Source: Proteromonas lacertae
Lineage: Eukaryota
DNA length: 64,000 nucleotides
NCBI GenBank assembly: GCA_002245135.1
Contig: NGBS01001166.1
Coordinates: 124,001 to 188,000, forward strand
Reading direction: 5' to 3'
The notes under the pieces: model-generated
Databases searched by the model: none
The model's input: the letters and a program-made list of their open reading frames with translations, nothing else
What the model was told of the DNA's origin: nothing
Shown: piece after piece, positions 25,239 through 39,600 of the stretch
How the letters are laid out: each line of letters begins with the position of its first letter
Numbering within the stretch: the stretch's first letter is position 1
Made by a program: the position numbers and the translations under genes

Positions 25239-26210
25239 ATGCAACTTTCATTAAGTGAAAATCCAAATCCTCCAGCTTTACCACCAAAGAAAAGAGCTAT
25301 AGCAACAGCTGCTAAGAAAGAAGAAACAAAGACAATGCAACAGCAGTATGAAGATGTTGTATATAAATTTAAAGTATTACATTATATTCTCATTTAACAA
25401 CAATAGCAAATGAAAATACATCCATTAGAAGGATTTGAAGCAAGAATTGTGAAAGGTAAAATGGATGTTCCAAATGAAACTACAGAATTACAAGGAGAAG
25501 ATATCAATGCTGAAGATGGACCAGTAACAGAACCTCAAGGTGAAGACAATGAGGTAATTCAACCTATCAAGAAGCAGAAAAGAAATGATGGCGGTGCTAA
25601 AAGAGCTTCAAAGAAGATGACAACAGATGATACTAATCCTGGTGAAATCAAACAGTGGAAATTCGATCATTCAAAGGATAGAACATACAGAAAGCTACAG
25701 TTAGACAAAAATTTTAAGATAGATATAATTGGTAATATTTATGATGCTTCAACATTTGACAAAGGTAATCACTTCACTTTAAAGATTGACAACACTGTAA
25801 TTAGTAGTGTGACATATAAGGACGACAAATTAAGACCAAGAAAGATTTCAGTTAAAGATAGTGATGGTGGTATTCCAGAATGGAAAAAGATAATTACTGA
25901 AGCTGTGGAAGAGTTTATTAATAAAGCATTTCTCTTTGAACATGATACAACAAAGATTAGAGTAGTTATATTTCCTTATAAAGAAAATGGAAAAGTATGT
26001 GTAAATTATAGTTGTGATGATAAAAGGCCAATATTATTATTAGAAGGATCTGATGTTAAACCACTTGTTTTAACCAAAGGCTTTAATGTACAAGATGAAT
26101 TGGATCAGAAACAGATTAAAGTAACTGTTGCTCCAGATAACATTTGTTTAATTCCTAACAAACCAGGAGGTGAGTATGATGAAAATATTATAAATGTTTG
26201 GTTAACATGA
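25239..26210 (+). CDS. Unknown ~307 aa protein, copy 2 (intron 25359-25406)
   Basis: 120-nt first exon from ATG 25239 splices in frame to CAA-ATG at 25407; identical translation to copy 1. Confidence 0.75.
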
Positions 26211-26821
26211 GAGTGATTTAAAGAATAACAATCATTAATTAAAATTATTATATATTCCATTTATAGAATTATATTGATTATAAATTTGTTTTTATAGTGT
26301 TTATCTTTTTGAGTTCAAGAATTACTTCAATGTATACTTATTCATTTATAGAAGTTGAATTCTATTTTGAAACTTTAAGTTGCAAAATAGATTTTCATTT
26401 TGGGACAAAAGTATACTTTTCCTATATAAAATTTTGAAAGAAGAGCCGTTTAAGTCACAGAGCCTACCGTTACTATATATATCATTTCACATACATCTAA
26501 CACTTTTACCATCCTCTTTTCATCATATTTCTCTACAACCATATCTCAATATTGATGATGTTATATCATCATCTACAGCATTATTTTAACATTTCTAAAA
26601 TAAATGAAACGAATATATTTTCATTTATTTCTTTTTCATCAGATTGAATAAATATAACTATATATCATTGTTAATAATATCATCATCATCTTCACTATAT
26701 TTCAACTTTTGATTTTTATTTAAAAACAAAACAAATTTATATTATTTTATAGTATTAAAGGGTTAGTCTATCTATACAATGTTTATGTAAATATTGAGAA
26801 TATGTTAAAATTACTCACAGC

Positions 26822-28027
26822 TTATACACTCAAATCTTTTGGAGTTTCCCAAGTGAAAGCTTGTTCTTTTCGACCAAAATGACCATAAGCAGCTGTCTTA
26901 CGATATATAGCACTTGTTAATCCTAAATCACGAATTATACAACCAGGACGTAAATCGAAATTCTTATTTATTATATCAATTAATTCAGTATCACTCTTCT
27001 TACCAGTTCCATAAGTATCAACATAAATTGATAAGGGATGATTTATACCAATTGCATAACTTAATTGAACTAAAACACGATCACATAAATTAGCATGAAC
27101 TAAACTCTTAGCAATCCAACGAGCAGCATATGCAGCACTTCGATCAACTTTACTTGGATCTTTACCACTGAAAGCACCTCCTCCATGAGCGCCCCAACCA
27201 CCATAAGTATCAACTATGATTTTACGACCTGTTAAACCAGCATCACCATGTGGACCACCTATTATAAATCGACCACTTGGATTTAAATGATATATTGTCT
27301 TATCATCTAATAATTCACTTGGAATTATTGGCTTTATTACATAAGTCATTAAATCTTCATGAATCTTTTCGTTTGAAACATCAGGACTGTGTTGAGTTGA
27401 GATTACTATTGTGTGAACACGAACAGGAATTAATTTGTTGCCTTCTTTCTTATATTCCATTGTTACTTGAGTTTTACCATCTGGACGAACCCATGGAAGA
27501 GTACCATTCTTACGAACTTCGGTTAGTTTATAACCTAATCTATTAGCATAATAAGCAGTAGCTGGCATATAATCTTCTGTTTCATTTGTGGCATAACCAA
27601 ACATTATACCTTGATCACCAGCACCTTGTTCTTCGGGAGCACGACCTACATGTACTCCTTGAGCAATATCAACACTTTGTTCTTCAATAGCTACTATCAC
27701 ATTCACAGATTGATAGTCTAAACCCTTGTCATCACTGTCATAACCGATATCTTTTATCGCATCACGAACTACTTTCTCATAATTCACTGTAGCTTTGGTT
27801 GTTATCTCACCAAACACCATTATCATCTTCGTCTTTGTGCAGGTCTCGCAAGCTACTTTACTGTTAGGATCTTGAGCTAAACAAGCATCTAATATCGCAT
27901 CACTTACAATATCACAAATTTTATCTAAAATATAGTAGTTGAACTCTTAGTTTTAAATTATACCTGGATGACCTTCATTTACACTCTCACTAGTGAACAA
28001 AAAGTGACCTTCTGGGAGACCAGACAT
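26822..28027 (-). CDS. MAT: S-adenosylmethionine synthetase, copy 2
   Basis: Mirror of 14738-15943; identical protein; two synonymous differences noticed. Confidence 0.98.
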
Positions 28028-28568
28028 TCTTTTTAAATGAAAATGATTAAATGAAATAAAAGTGAATGATGATGAAACGAACCAATCAAAATGATTTTAA
28101 ATTCATTTTTATAATTTTTGAATGAATTACGACTTCATCGGATTACCATTTACAATGATGAATATTAAAAATGGATTGTACTGATGATATCAATAATTCT
28201 GAGTATCATTTTGACTGTTGTGAGCCTCATGTTTTTGAAAAACAAATGTCCTTGATATATGAATTGCATATTTGATAATGGATCATTGCTTATTAGTAAT
28301 TTTTACGATTACTTTATTAGTTAGAATGTTAATTAGAAGTGATGTGATGAGTCATTTTTGAGTGATGTTTAAAATATATGATGAAAATCATAATTCATGA
28401 TATTTGAGAGTAATACAAAATGAGATTACTAGTTATTGAAGAAAATAAAAGAGTGATTTTAGATAATTTTTATGATTTATTGAGTTTATTTCTAATAATA
28501 CTGTATTTCACTATATTCAACACAAAATGTATTAAAATTTACAATCTAAACCTATTGATAATTATTAA

Positions 28569-31500
28569 TTATTCCATTTTCTGTTCTAATTTCGCATTTT
28601 CAATTCTAGCAGCACTTAAACTTGCTTCCAAATTCTTATTGGATGATTTTAATTCCATTATTTGTTTTTTCAAATACTCCACCTCACTTAATTTACATTC
28701 ATATTTGGTATTGATAATATTCAGTTTCTTGTGATATTCAACTATCTGTTTCTCCAATTCTGACTTGGAATCATATATTGAATCTTTCAAATTAGATTCT
28801 TCTCCTAATTCTTTCTGTAAATTACTCATCTATTGAGATAATCATATATATATATATACATTTAGTTTTGCTTCATCTAGTAATAATGTATATTCATGTA
28901 ATTTAACAGATAGTTTAGATATATTTTCTTCAAGCTGTTCAATATATAAACTCTTTTCTTTTAGATCTTTCTCTAAATTTTGTTTTATTTCAAGTAATTT
29001 ATTCTTATCAAGTCCTACTGAATTTAACTCTTTTACAATATCTTTACTTCCTTTTTTTAACGCATTTACTTGTCTAGTTAGTAGTTTATTCTCATCACAT
29101 ACCTCTCTGTATTGCATATAAATATCTTTTATTTCTTCATCTTTCATTTTCATTTGTGTATCATAATTATCAAGTTGGGTTGTTTGTTTATCTATTTGAT
29201 TTAATAATTATTATTAATAATATATACTTAATTGTTGTTTCAGTTTTGTAATTTCTGAGTTTAATCTTCCATTCTCTTCAAATAAATTCTGATTCTCATG
29301 TGTAACATTCTTTAAATCGGTAATATAATTCTTTAATTCTCCTTTCTTTAGTTGTAATTCATTATACAATTTTTCCTTTTCATCTTTCAGTCTTTCAATC
29401 TTTGATTCATATTCCTTTATTCTCTTTTCACTTCTATTTACGATTAACATATATTCAGATAATTGATTTCTTTCGTTTAACTCATTCTGTTGTGATGTTA
29501 TTCGTTGATTTACTTCTTCATTGTATTTACTTTCTAAATCGTTATATTGAAGTGTCAATTGATCAAGTTCATCCTATATATAACATATATATATATATAT
29601 TATTCATATTAAATATATATACAGTTATTTCATCTTTCTCTTTATCTATCAATATAATATTACTTCTCAATGAATTAATCTCATTTATTAAATCAGCTTG
29701 AGTTAGGTTTGAGTTTTCCAGTTGAAAAATGTTTTGATTATATTGTAGTGATGATTGATTATTATTCATTTTAACATCATTTAATTCTATTTTTAGATTA
29801 TTGATAATCATATCTTTATTTCTAATGTCTTGTTCAAATATTCTATTTTGAGTATTCAAAGTGTTAACTTCATTCCTTAATGCTGATAATTCTATTATCT
29901 TTTGTTGATCATATTCACTGCTAATAATACCTTCATAGGGTGGAGGTGGTGGAATATCAATATCTACTGAATCACACTGTTGATATACTAAATCCTTCTA
30001 TTATATCAGATAATTAATTATAAAATAATACACTTATATTTGTATTTGTATTAATCTGTATTGGGCTTGATAAGGTTTGATACATCTCCAACATATTATC
30101 TTTCTCATTTATTATCTGATATAATCTGTTTATCTCCTCATCTCTTCTATTTATTTCATATTTCAGTTTTTCATTTTCTTCACTTAAATCATGTTTTATC
30201 ACTGTATAATCAACTGCATTTCTATTACTATTATCATCATCGTTACTATCAGAATTTTCATTTAATTGTTGCTGTAATTTAGATATTATTTCATCTTTCC
30301 TATTCAGTTCATTTTCATAACTCATTGTTTTCATTAAAGTATCTTGCAATTGTGTTTGTAAGGAATCTATAAATTGATTATTGTTATTCTCTTCTTCTAT
30401 TATATTAATATCTTCATAATTATTAAACATCAATGTATTTGCAAGACTTATTCTTTATATTATCTAATTCTTCTTTTACTATTTCATATTTCAGTTTCAC
30501 ATCTTTATTCTAAAAAGGAAAATAAATATATTAACATATAAATAATACTTCATTTAATATTTCTTCATTTAATGATCTATTTGCTGATTCTAATTCAGAT
30601 TTCTCTTCTTCTATTGCAGTATAACTCTTCTTCAAATCACTTATTTCTTTATTCAGCTGTTCTACTGTTTTGTTCAATTCTTCTATTTTTCTTACATTAT
30701 CTAATTTATGTTTGTCTTTTGCAGCTTCTAATTGTTTCTATAAATAATAATAATATTAACAAATAGATAACTATACATTCACATAACTAAACTCTTCATT
30801 CAATTTTTCTTTCTCAGCTGTTAAAATATTCACTTTCTTATATAATTTATTAATTTGGTCTTGTAAAGTATCACAATATCTTGATTTTGCATTTAACTGG
30901 TCTTCTAAACTCTTCATTTGTTCACTTGCACTACCATAAGTATTCTATATTCATAAATAATAATAATAATAATAATAATACTCTCACAGTTTTACCCATT
31001 GAATCGATAGTGTGAAGTTCTTCCGTTATTCTTTTCATTTGATCTTTTAATTCTTTATTCGATCTCTTCAATACTTCAGCATCACTATAATAATAATAAT
31101 AATAATAATAATACGTCTTGTATTTCAATAATTTATCAACTATATTCTTCTGTTTTTCAATCTCTTTATCCTTCTCTATCATTTCCTCGTTCAAATATTT
31201 GACTTGATAGTTCAACTCTGATAAGGTTGTTACATTTACATCTTTTTTAAATTCAGCTGTCATTTTATCATCATTTAAATGGTTGTTATTAGAATACAAC
31301 ATTATTTCTTCATCTCTTATCTTTAATTGATTATTCAAATCTTCAATTTTCTTTTCTAATTCGGCTATTTTGTTCTTATACTCTTCTTTCTCTTTATTTG
31401 TAGCATCTATCATCTCAGCTCCTTCTGGTGATAAGAATGATTTATTAATAGATGTATTCAGTGTAGTTGTAGTTGTATTCATATCTGATTTTTGATTGGA

Positions 31501-32127
31501 AGATGGTTTTAATGGGTAAGACATATTTATTCCTGATTTTTTGTAGATTTCTGATAATACAGGTTTCATTTTTGACATTGGAATTACTGCTACAGTTTTG
31601 TTGTAGTGTTCATTTAATTCTCTTTTTAAATCAGATATTTCATTTGCATAACTATTACACTTATGTTTTTGTTGATTAAGGATGAAATTAGTTCGATTGT
31701 AATTGCTTTTTAATTCATTATAGTCTGTCAGCATTTTCCCCATCTCAGATGTGTGTTTTGCATTCAACTCAATCAATTCAGTATGTAACTAGTAGTAATT
31801 AAATCTCAAATTTATACTTGATTATTATCACGATGTAATTTTTCTACTTCCTTTCTCAATGGAATTACTTGTTTTGACATTTGCTTTTGCTTTCTCTCAC
31901 TTTCTTCATATTCAGTCTCTAAAAAGAATTTCATTACGTAAAAATACTCAAAGACTGCATTGATGTAGTTGTCATATACAAATCATTAAATAAGTGTTGA
32001 ACTAGGGGAAAGACTCAATTCCCAAAGGCTAGAATATTTAAATACAACAAATCGATACTTCATTATAGTCTAAAGCTTCTAACTGTTTTTTCAACCTCTC
32101 AAAATTAACTTCATCTGGTTTAAACAT
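28569..32127 (-). CDS. CEP135: CEP135/BLD10-like centriolar cartwheel coiled-coil protein (multi-exon)
   Basis: N-terminus FERLKKQLEALDY...PLGIESFPLVQHLFNDL..TT and PLRKEVEKLHRDNNQ resemble the conserved CEP135 N-terminus; long coiled coil follows. Confidence 0.72.
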
Positions 32128-32206
32128 CTTTTTTAAATTTGTGGTGCGAAAAAAATGTTTGAGAGAAGCTTGAAATAACTGTCATTTTTTTATTTTTTTA
32201 TTTTTA

Positions 32207-33351
32207 ATGGGTAATAATCCTAGTAACCCTATTTTTGATGTTGATTTCGAAACTTCACCTGTATTAACACATAACTTAACTATTAATAGGATTCTACAGT
32301 TTTCATTTCCAATTGCATCGACTGTATAAAGAAGAAAAGTGGTAAAAGTGTTAAATTATTTAGAGATACTGTGTCTATGCAAATTTTACCAGATAATGAT
32401 AAGCTGGCTGAGTATTACATTAAATATACCTTGCTAGCCATAATGAACTGGTTTCAAAAGTGAAATCTTTGATAAAAACTCTAGATAAAACTCATGATTT
32501 TAATATATTAAGTAATGTATATAGTTGAAGTTTTTTTTATAATTCTTTAGCAAACTGATTTAGATCTAGTACCAGCCTTATTTGTATCATATTTTCGTCA
32601 TTTACCAAACCCAATCATACCTACAAGAGTATACAATCGTTGTATAGATTTCTTTGAAAAGAATTACAATGATCCAACATTACCTAAACAATTAATTCTA
32701 ATATTACTCTGTTATGTAAAGAGTTTATCTGATAAAAACATTGTATATATATTCATATATATAATATAGGAAATAATAAATATGTTGTTTAATTTTTTTA
32801 AAGACTTATTGAATAATATAAACTATGTTGATAATAAATTGACGTTTCATAATATAGCCTTATGTTTTGGTCCAGCTCTATTTAAAATACCTCAAAGTGA
32901 TGGACTGAGATTGAAAAGATCAGAATATCTATTAACTATACTGTATGAAGGATGGTATAGTAATGCAAAAATGAAAGAAAAAATGTATAACAATCCTGAA
33001 CAAATAATATCAAATTTATATAAATTAACAAGATCTACACTTCCGATTAGTGATACTGATAAGAATAAGATATATAGACAAGTTGTTTCTTATTATATTA
33101 CCTACAGAAACAAAGAATTATTGTCAGATTGTTTTAAAAATTGGAAATTATATCATTATAAGGGTAAATTATTGTATTTAGAAAAACTAACTAAGAAACA
33201 ACATCAACAGATTGAGTCATTTGTACAAATAGTACAATCGAATGAAATGGAGAAGAGAGAATTAAATGAGATATTGTATAATGAAAGGCAAAGAAATGAT
33301 GAATTGCAATATATACAGTCGTTTCAATACTCTATTAATGAAGATAAATAA
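32207..33351 (+). CDS. RhoGAP-domain protein with MG N-terminus
   Basis: YFRHLPNPIIP and NKLTFHNIALCFGPALF RhoGAP motifs. Confidence 0.8.
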
Positions 33352-33505
33352 TTTAAACTAATTTATTAATTTTTACTTTTTAAGGAAATGATGCTAAGAC
33401 GTTTATTAGTAATTTAAATAGTAAGCATAAAAAAATGACATAATAGTGAAGATATAATAAAAATAAATAAAACAAAACGGATATAATTTCTAAAAATTAA
33501 AAAGA

Positions 33506-35955
33506 ATGAATTATTTCATAGACAATACGTTGTTCTCAATACTACCCATTGAAACAGGAGTATTGTGGTTATTTATTTTTTTAGGTTAATAAAAGAGTAG
33601 AAAAGAGTGAAAGTGAGGTATATTTGGTTGTTCAACATAAAAATGAAGTTAAAGCAGTAAAAATACTAGATATTCGTGGAATAAAAGACAAGAAGATATT
33701 AATATTCTATGAGAATAACTCGTTGTTGTTAGATTGTATAGATTACACTATTTATTCATCTAAACTGCTTCAAATGAATAATAACAATGAATTTGTGGTA
33801 TTAGAAAGAGAATATTACAACAGAGATTTAGAAACCGTTATTCAGAGTAAATCCCTTTCAAATTTTTATATTTGTGATGTGACATGTTCTATATGTGATA
33901 TATTAATGATACTGAGTGAATATAATGTATTAATTGGTAATTTAAAGAGTAGTAATGTTGTAATAGAGAATGGTGATGGAAATATAAAGTTATGTGATTT
34001 ATTCTTGAATGAGATAAGAAAGGAAGAAGATTTAAGATTATATGACATATGCTTCAAAAGCCCTGAAGAATTGAATGGATGTGAATGTAATGAAAGAAGT
34101 GTGATTTGGCCAATTGGATGTATATTATATGAGATGATGTGTAAAAAATTACCATTTGAAGATAATAATATGAATAGAACAAAAGAGAATATTCTGATAT
34201 GTAAATATAATAATGAGTTATTTAAAGATGATTCAATGAAAGAAATCATAAGTAGAATATTAAAAGTGAAGAATGAAGATAGAATGAGTTTAAAAGAGTT
34301 GAGAAAAGAGATGAGAAAGATGAGTGAAATATTAAAAGATGAAGAGAATAATCTAATGATATTGAAAGAAAAAAAAGAAGTGTTATTCAAAAATAATTAT
34401 GTAATTATCACGCTTCCAATAATATTTCTACCAGAATATTATCTTAAAAGTGAAAAATGGAAAGATATTCAAGATAAGTTGATAGAATCTTACAATATTG
34501 AACCTAATGAAAGAATATTGTCAATATTATTGATGATGAAATGTTACAAAAGAGATAAATCAATAAAAGAAATGTTGAAATTTCAAATTCATCATTATCA
34601 TCAATTTAGATATACAGAATGTTATTTGGATGAAATGATATTTAATATTCATGCTAGTGAAAAAAATAAGGAAATAATCATAGTCAATTCGAGTTATATT
34701 TGTTATTGCGAAAAAGGAATTAATTATTTCTTCAGAATAATGAAATTAATTAGTCCAACAAAACTTGAATTTGGTATAAATCTTATCATTTTTATTTTAT
34801 TTAGCTTATTCAGATGTACCAATCCAAAATCAATTATTATTTGGATCATATTTTACTCAATTATCAAACCTTCAAGAATTAGTGATGGGATGTTGTAAAG
34901 TATCTTTTTATTTCATTCAATCATTCGTTAAATCAGTTCCATTCATGAAATTAGAATATGTTAGTCTTTCATGTATGTATTGTTTTAATATTTTCTGAAA
35001 TAGCTAATCCAATTGGTCCAACAGGATTTGGATTACTACTTCCGTTTTTACATTTATTGATCAATAAAAATAATGAATTATGTCTTTATGAAATGGATTT
35101 AAATGATGAGTCAATGATATTATTATCAGAAGAATTATATAAATATCCAAAACTTAAGGAAATAGATATTAGAAATAACAATAATATTCATTCTGTTGGA
35201 TTAAAAGCCTTATTCTCCAAATTTCCAATTTCGAAAGTCAGATTTTATTTCAATGGAAGTAAAGAGTTGCTGATTGATAAAAATATTCCAGAATTAATAA
35301 AATACATAGAATGTGGTAATGGGTTGTATATATATAATTGTGAAATTGATGATGAAATTTTTGAAGCTTTTATTCAATTAAGATTAAATGATTTAACTGA
35401 AATAGAGATGATTGATTTGAGTAGTATTATTTGATATTTTTACATTATTTAGATAATAAACTAAGATATAACAGTATAAGAATGTTGATAAACAATTTAT
35501 CATCATTACCAAATCTTAAAGAGCTTCGATTATATGGAAATGAAATAGGAGATGAAGGAATGAGAATAATATCTCCTAATTTGCATTTATTATTGTATGA
35601 ATTTAAAAATAATTATAAACTAAATTGTTCTGGTATAACAAAAATCATTATTTTATATTTAATAGAAATGGGATTATCTTCAATAGGATTGAGATACTTA
35701 TTAGATGGTTTAAAGAGTATTTATGGAAAGATAGATATTGATATAAGTGATAATAATATTAATTCAGATGGAGTAGAATATTTGATGAGTTATGTGAAAG
35801 AGAATGATAATATTGAAACATTAATAATTGATAGTATAATATATTATTTGAAATTGTGCTTTATAGATAATCAAATTAGTAATACTATGATAGAAGAATT
35901 GAGAAAACTGGTAAAAGTACAATACTCACAAAGTAAACGTTGTAAAATTATGTGA
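33506..35955 (+). CDS. Kinase-like domain, RI-type leucine-rich repeats and C-terminal CaaX (CKIM)
   Basis: IGNLKSSNV, KLCD, KSPE and IWPIGCILYEM kinase subdomains; LPNLKELRLYGNEIGDEG LRRs; ends SKRCKIM-stop. Confidence 0.75.
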
Positions 35956-36119
35956 TAAAGTTTATATACTTAATTGTATTTTTTTGTACTTTTGTATTTT
36001 CTTTAAATATCACAAATGAATTATATACAATGAAAATATGTTAAATTTATATGAATATAATCACATCACATACAATATAAACAATAACAACAACAAATTC
36101 TTTTAAAAGAAATAATATT

Positions 36120-36633
36120 CTAAATTAAACCTTCTAATTCAGCTATATCAGAATCTAAATCAGAACCACTCTCACTATCAACATCTGAATCTGAATCTGA
36201 ATAATTATTATTATCATCTATATAAATTTCACCAACAGTGAAATATTCAAAAGTATTATTGTTTGAATTTATATTTCCAGTTATACATGGAATACACAAA
36301 TCTTGAGGATGAAAATGACAATTAACAACATTATTTTTAAGAGGTCCTTTTTGTTTAACAATATCTAAATAATTATATATATATATATATATATATATAC
36401 TATAATTTTCAGAATCAATTAGTGTAAAATATGAGTTCTTTTTGCTATTCGATTCTTTATCTAAATTCCTTGTGTCTTGCGAACTGTAACATAATAACAT
36501 ATCACCACCATCATTGAATTCATACATAGCTAAATCATAAAATGGAGGAATCTGTTTAAATGGACAATTCTTACGCAAATCCCATACATAATCACTTATA
36601 ATTACTTCTGGTTCTATTAAATATAATAAATAA

Positions 36634-36672
<39 letters not shown>

Positions 36673-39600
36673 TATAAGGATGGATAAGATTTGAATTGCT
36701 ACAGCTATTATCTTCTAATTGATAGGCATCTAATACTATTTTATTGCTTCTAATATCAACTACCACACCATCGACTAATATTAAATTCTTTTTATCATCA
36801 TAATCAAAAGCATCAGATAAATTCTTTGGACATTCATACGAATAAGTCATTCTATCGCTATTTATATCATAAATCTTTATTTCACCATAATATTCACCAT
36901 TAGTACTGTTTCTATCTCTTGAATCATCATGAAAATAACAAACTAATTCATTACTATAATGAGAAAAACCAACTGCATCTATATTATTGAAACTTTTTAC
37001 TATTTGATATTCTGTTGGTGATTTTATGGAGTATAATATTGAAGGTTCATCTGTTGTAATAAGTACAAATTTATTTGAAAAGTTTGAACGAATGTTTGAT
37101 ATTGATCCAGCTGCTTGTTCAAGTACAATTTGATAACAATAATTATGATCTAATAAACGTAATGAATAATGAATTATACTTGTAAGATCAAATAGAAATG
37201 ATTCAGCATCAAAAGTAGATGCTAATACATGACAATCATCAATAAAACAAAAATCACTATACGGTTTATCATTGAAAATCCAATCTTTTTTGTTATTTAA
37301 ATCTTTATAGAAATATCTATTGTTTAAATTCTTATATCTATAATGTAATGTAGAATCAGTGGACGTTTCAAATGTTAATAATCTTGTAGTCATATTGAGT
37401 GGAACAGTGTTTTGTATTGGATTTGAATTACATTTGTGCGGAACTAATAATGAAAACTTTGGTAGTAACTATAATAAAGAATATAATAACAATGATATAA
37501 AAGTAAATATATATATATATATATATATACAGATCCTGTATTAGGACATTTCATATGTTCATCATATAAATAATCAGTAACTACTTCCTCTAACCTTGAT
37601 CTAGTATTATTAATATTATTATTCAATGGTATATAATGAAATGGAGTTTGTTGTTGTTGTTGTTGTTGTAGCTGAGATGTATAATTTTCACTAATTCTTC
37701 TTTTCTTTATAGTTGATGATGGTGTAAATTGCATTGAATTGTTGTTGTTATAATTATTATTAGAGGAGATTGATGAAAATGGTCTTTTCATTGGAGATGG
37801 TTTTAATCCTATCAATTTAATCATTTCTTTCTTCTTATCATTTTTATTAACTGATTGTTGTTGAGATGGTGGTGGTAATGATGCTGCTTCTGATACAAAT
37901 GATTGGATATTACCTTCTTCTATTAACTTTTTAGCTGTTTCTTTTAATCCATTATTATTTAAATGTTCATAGATTATATACAATAACTCCTTTTTATCAA
38001 AGTTAATTTGATTTTTGTTGATGTTTTTATATTGTTTGATTTTCATATCATTTTCAAATTCATCTGATAATCTATATTCTAATTCAAATAGACTGTTATG
38101 ATATAATATTGAGAATATATTATTATAGTCAATGTCATTCTTAGCTGCATAAAGTAATGTATGAACCAATGGTTTTATAGATATTTTAAAGAACATTCTA
38201 ACTTGAGATTCTCTACATAATCCTAGTAATATTGAAGTGATATAATAATGAATGGTGATTAGATAATTGCTACCATTACATTTCTTAAATAAGTCTTTCA
38301 ATTTAGCAAAACCTTGGAATTCTCTGATTTGATATCTCATTGGTGCTTTTAGATCATCTTCCCAACTAAGATCGCAAGTACAATGTAATTGAGTATTGGA
38401 TGTAATCTTTTGAATTGTTGATAATTGTTGATATCTGAATAAATAGCATGAATTTGTATGAGTTTCCTTAAGTAAATTGTATAATAAAAATACTAATGAT
38501 TCTATATCAGTGAATTTCTATATAAATAAATAATAATAATGAATAAATATACTGGATCATTAATATGATCAAATACAATACTAATCAATTCACTATTTCC
38601 ATTCAATATAAACTTATAATTATAAGGTGATATTAAGAATGAATTAGATATATTTATCATATTCAATAACTCTTTATCTGTAGCATTTATATCATCTGTT
38701 GGATATTCAAATACATACTTTAAATAGTTTGTATCAAGGAATAATGTCTTTATTTTACTCCAATTTTCTACATCATATATTTGATAAGCTTCTTTGGGAT
38801 AGATGTATATTAATTTCATTACTTTATCTAATGCATTTTCAACATCATCAAACTATAATATAATATATATAATATATAATAATAATACGTTATTATTATT
38901 AAACAATATATTCTTATATTCATAAGGTACATTATTAATATTTCCAAACACTTTCATTGCTAGATCACTACCTCTCAATATCACTTCTACACTAATATAT
39001 ATACCAATTACATGTAATAATGGTTCAATAAATACATCAAACTCTTCATCTTCTATATCTCTAAAGTCCCTACCTAAATATGGAACATAAGTATCTAATA
39101 TATTCATTATTCCATCAACTTCATCAAGCTTTGACTTAAATGAATCATATTTTAGTAGATTTCCAATTAAGTCCAGCAATACTGATATTACCATTAAATG
39201 TCTATATATATAATGATATATAATAATACTTTGGTACTGTCTTGAAGATATACAACATATAATCAATTAAACTCTTCTTTATTGAATCATCAGAATCTAA
39301 TAAATATTTCACAGAATCTACAGTAGTAAGACATAAATAAATTTCCAGTAAACTCTCGCATATTGAAGGGTATTTCATACAAGTATGTTGGAAGTATAAT
39401 AAAATAGTTAAACCATGATATTGAGATATAAAATCAGATATACAATAAGATTGTCTTATCATATTGTTAACGACTTTCAATATATATTTAATAGTATATA
39501 AATCATCAGTTATTAATAAATAATGTATTAATAATTCAAATATATTGTTATTCTTCATTAATGCATATATATCAGTAGTAATGTTTGTTTTACTATATAT

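Larger units (their letters stand above)
24172..28226 (-). repeat. Right arm of ~4.05 kb inverted repeat
   Basis: Reverse complement of 14539-18593. Confidence 0.98.

Noticed and set aside
14520..28245. The 13.7 kb unit as a canonical Polinton with TIRs and 6-bp TSD
   Set aside because: No TSD or AG-type termini at the arm ends; arms hold spliced host genes; no pPolB or integrase seen
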